A DNA stretch of 57,424 bases, taken from NCBI GenBank assembly GCA_038060635.1, contig JBBTGK010000308.1:1-57424 (forward strand), in the 5' to 3' direction. The stretch is from Cyanobacteriota bacterium (GTDB lineage Bacteria > Cyanobacteriota > Sericytochromatia > UBA7694 > JACMQJ01). The notes beneath the pieces are model-generated. The model saw only the letters and a list, made by a program, of their open reading frames with translations, was not told the DNA's origin and did no database searches. Made by a program: the position numbers and the translations under genes. Of the stretch, positions 55,431 to 57,424 are shown in pieces; positions within the stretch are counted from its first letter, which is position 1, and every line of letters starts with the position of its first letter.

Positions 55431-56960
55431 TTAAAAACTTAGCCCAAAAAAATCTTTAAGTTTTTCTAAAATATCTGATTTATTTTCTTCTATTTTTTTT
55501 ATGTGTTCTTCTTTATCTATTTCTTTTGTTACAGATTCATTTTTTGCTTTTCTTTTAGCCAAAACATCAGCAATATAAATAGCAATGTCTTTTCTTTGAT
55601 TTATAATTTCTTTAAAAGGGAGTTTATCTAATTTATAACATTCTATATCTGTTAACGCATTTATAGTAGCAGATCTTTTATCTCCAGTCATAAGAGACAT
55701 TTCTCCAAAAAAGTTTCCTTCATGAAGTTGCCCAACTTCAGTCTCTATTCCATCATAATTTAGATGTACAGAAACAGAACCTCTTCTTATCATGTATAAC
55801 CAGTGAGCATCTGAGCCTTGCTTTGTAATCATTTCACCTTTTTTAAATATTGTAGGAAAAATTTTTGTAGCAAGATCTTCTATTTCTGTACTAGATAAAT
55901 TTTTGAAAAGCTCTATATTTTTCAAAAAATTAATTCTCTTTGTCATTTCTTCTAAATGTTTTTTATCTTTTCTTTCATTATTTTCTTCTGTAAGAAAAAT
56001 AGAATATGCTGGTATAGAAATAGGAATATCAGACCTTTTTAAAGCAAAATAGATTAAAGTTCTTATTTCACTATCGGTTGGATCATCTTCTGCAAAATTA
56101 GTTAACCAATATCTTACGGCATATCTATTATAACTTTCAGTAAAATCCATTAAAATACAACTTATTTGTGGGTTTTCAGCAACATTATTTATTTTATCTT
56201 TTCTTAGAACATCTAATACAGTTTGTATTACATTTGTTGGAGAATATCTAAAATCTATATTAAAATAAATCCATCTTCTCCATTTAGATTCTTCCCCCTC
56301 TCTTCTTCCTAAAACAACTATATTACTTTTTGTCATTATACTATTAGGAACAATAACAGTTTCCCAATTTCTTGTTTCTATAGCTGTGTGTCGCCATCTT
56401 ATTTCTACAACTTTACCACTTATTTTATCATCAATTTTTATCCAATCGCCTTCTTTAATAGAATTATCCATTTGTAATGATAAACCACCCATTACATTTA
56501 TTAGGGTATCTTGAAGTGAAAAACCAATAACAGCTGTAACTACAGCAGAAGTAGCAATTAAGCCCGATATATTATATCCATGTTTTGAAGCTAAAAGAAA
56601 AAAAACAACCAATGACGAACCAGCAGTAATGAGATCTTGTAGTATCAAAGGTAACATAATACTTATTTTTGGTAAGGTAACTTTAAAAATAAGAATAGAT
56701 ATCGTGCTTAATAAACCTAAAAACCCAAAAAACTGACTAATAACTTTTATATCATAATGGATATTAGAATAGTTCAAAATATCTAATATAATTGATACAA
56801 TTAATAAAATCAAATGAGTAACAATTAACATACCATTACTTATTAACTTACTTTTTTTATTGTAACCTAATAAAATAATAATAAACGAGGCTAATAAATA
56901 TAGAAAAACTATTAAAAATGAATTATTTTGTATTAAGGATTCGTATATTTTATCAAACAT
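55431..56960 (-). CDS. MscS-family mechanosensitive channel with a C-terminal cyclic-nucleotide-binding domain
   Basis: N-terminal TMs are followed by the MscS core 'GDWIKIDDKISGKVVEIRWRHTAIETRNWETVIVPNS'. The C-terminal cNMP domain reads 'FFGEMSLMTGDKRSATINA'. Confidence 0.85.
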   Translation of the reverse strand: MFDKIYESLIQNNSFLIVFLYLLASFIIILLGYNKKSKLISNGMLIVTHLILLIVSIILDILNYSNIHYDIKVISQFFGFLGLLSTISILIFKVTLPKISIMLPLILQDLITAGSSLVVFFLLASKHGYNISGLIATSAVVTAVIGFSLQDTLINVMGGLSLQMDNSIKEGDWIKIDDKISGKVVEIRWRHTAIETRNWETVIVPNSIMTKSNIVVLGRREGEESKWRRWIYFNIDFRYSPTNVIQTVLDVLRKDKINNVAENPQISCILMDFTESYNRYAVRYWLTNFAEDDPTDSEIRTLIYFALKRSDIPISIPAYSIFLTEENNERKDKKHLEEMTKRINFLKNIELFKNLSSTEIEDLATKIFPTIFKKGEMITKQGSDAHWLYMIRRGSVSVHLNYDGIETEVGQLHEGNFFGEMSLMTGDKRSATINALTDIECYKLDKLPFKEIINQRKDIAIYIADVLAKRKAKNESVTKEIDKEEHIKKIEENKSDILEKLKDFFGLSF

Positions 56961-57424
56961 TAAACTGCTTCTTGAACTTTAATTTCTTCTTTTTGTGCTA
57001 AAAATCTTACAGATAAAACAACAACAATTGCACCTAAAAAACTTGCTGTTATATAAGGATATTGATAACCAGCTACTTTAAAAATATATCCACCCCAAAG
57101 TGGGCCAAATATCCTAGCAAAACTTCCAAGTGATTGAGATACACCAAGTGTAACACCAACTATATTTTTATCAGTTTTTTGACTTATCATACTTGTTAAA
57201 CATGGATTCATTACACTATTTCCAAAAAAGATTAAACCTGTAACAACAAAAACTAAGAAAATATTTGGCATATATGGCATTAAACCTAAACCAACTGTCA
57301 TACAAATAGATGATATTACTAATAGTTTTTTCTCACTATATTTTCTAGTTAATTTTCCTACCAAAAATCCTTGAACTATTGCAGAACATATACCAAAATA
57401 TGCAAAAACCCAAGCATTTTCTTT
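56960..57424 (-). CDS. MFS transporter, C-terminal part (gene continues past the right edge)
   Basis: The reading frame is open from the window edge (KENAWVFAYFGICSAIVQGFLVGKL...). It has hydrophobic helices with 'GPLWGGYIF'. The stop overlaps the MscS start as TAATG. Confidence 0.7.
   Translation of the reverse strand, partial: KENAWVFAYFGICSAIVQGFLVGKLTRKYSEKKLLVISSICMTVGLGLMPYMPNIFLVFVVTGLIFFGNSVMNPCLTSMISQKTDKNIVGVTLGVSQSLGSFARIFGPLWGGYIFKVAGYQYPYITASFLGAIVVVLSVRFLAQKEEIKVQEAV

Overview
The window is a very AT-rich chromosomal segment from a diderm bacterium. LptF/G, MlaD, YjbH-like and other beta-barrel OMPs and many lipoproteins are present. It uses the standard code (TGA serves as a stop, e.g. 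at 1402-1404). I call about 50 protein genes. By eye I found no rRNA, tRNA, CRISPR array, transposase, integrase or phage genes. The lineage is unknown; a DUF3326-like gene and an OmpR/WalR-like regulator weakly suggest a non-photosynthetic relative of Cyanobacteria, which is speculation. LEFT HALF (about 1.5-29.3 kb): a Wzx/Wzy-type surface-polysaccharide locus. It holds two AsnB-like amidotransferases at the two flanks, two SDR epimerase/dehydratases, a Wzx flippase, a Wzy-like polymerase, a Wzz-like co-polymerase, two GT4 glycosyltransferases, a methyltransferase, a YjbH-like OMP and three paralogous CgeB-like GT-B proteins. A 9.4-kb operon of four lipoproteins (7072-16468, minus strand) splits this locus. 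These proteins are built only from binding/display modules: PKD, PPC-like, CarboxypepD_reg-like, BACON/Ig-like and an unnamed propeller-type repeat. The largest gene carries an in-frame 1596-bp tandem duplication with a perfectly identical core of about 1.26 kb. I regard this operon as the best candidate for an undescribed system. RIGHT HALF: a GH35 beta-galactosidase / DUF3326-like / zinc-ribbon trio; a catalytically degenerate glycogen-synthase homologue translationally coupled to an LptF/G permease; and an 8-gene plus-strand signalling cluster. That cluster holds an RsbW-like kinase, a STAS antagonist, a GAF-GAF-GGDEF protein, an OMP and a NERD-like/pseudokinase/kinase/TM protein. Further right are an OmpR-type two-component pair preceded by an array of RTTAAG repeats, an orphan MCE protein, a GT2/GT-C envelope-glycosylation pair, a CDP-alcohol phosphatidyltransferase, an ABC-F ATPase, a cNMP-gated MscS channel and a truncated MFS gene. 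All family assignments come from motifs read by eye and need HMM or structure confirmation.
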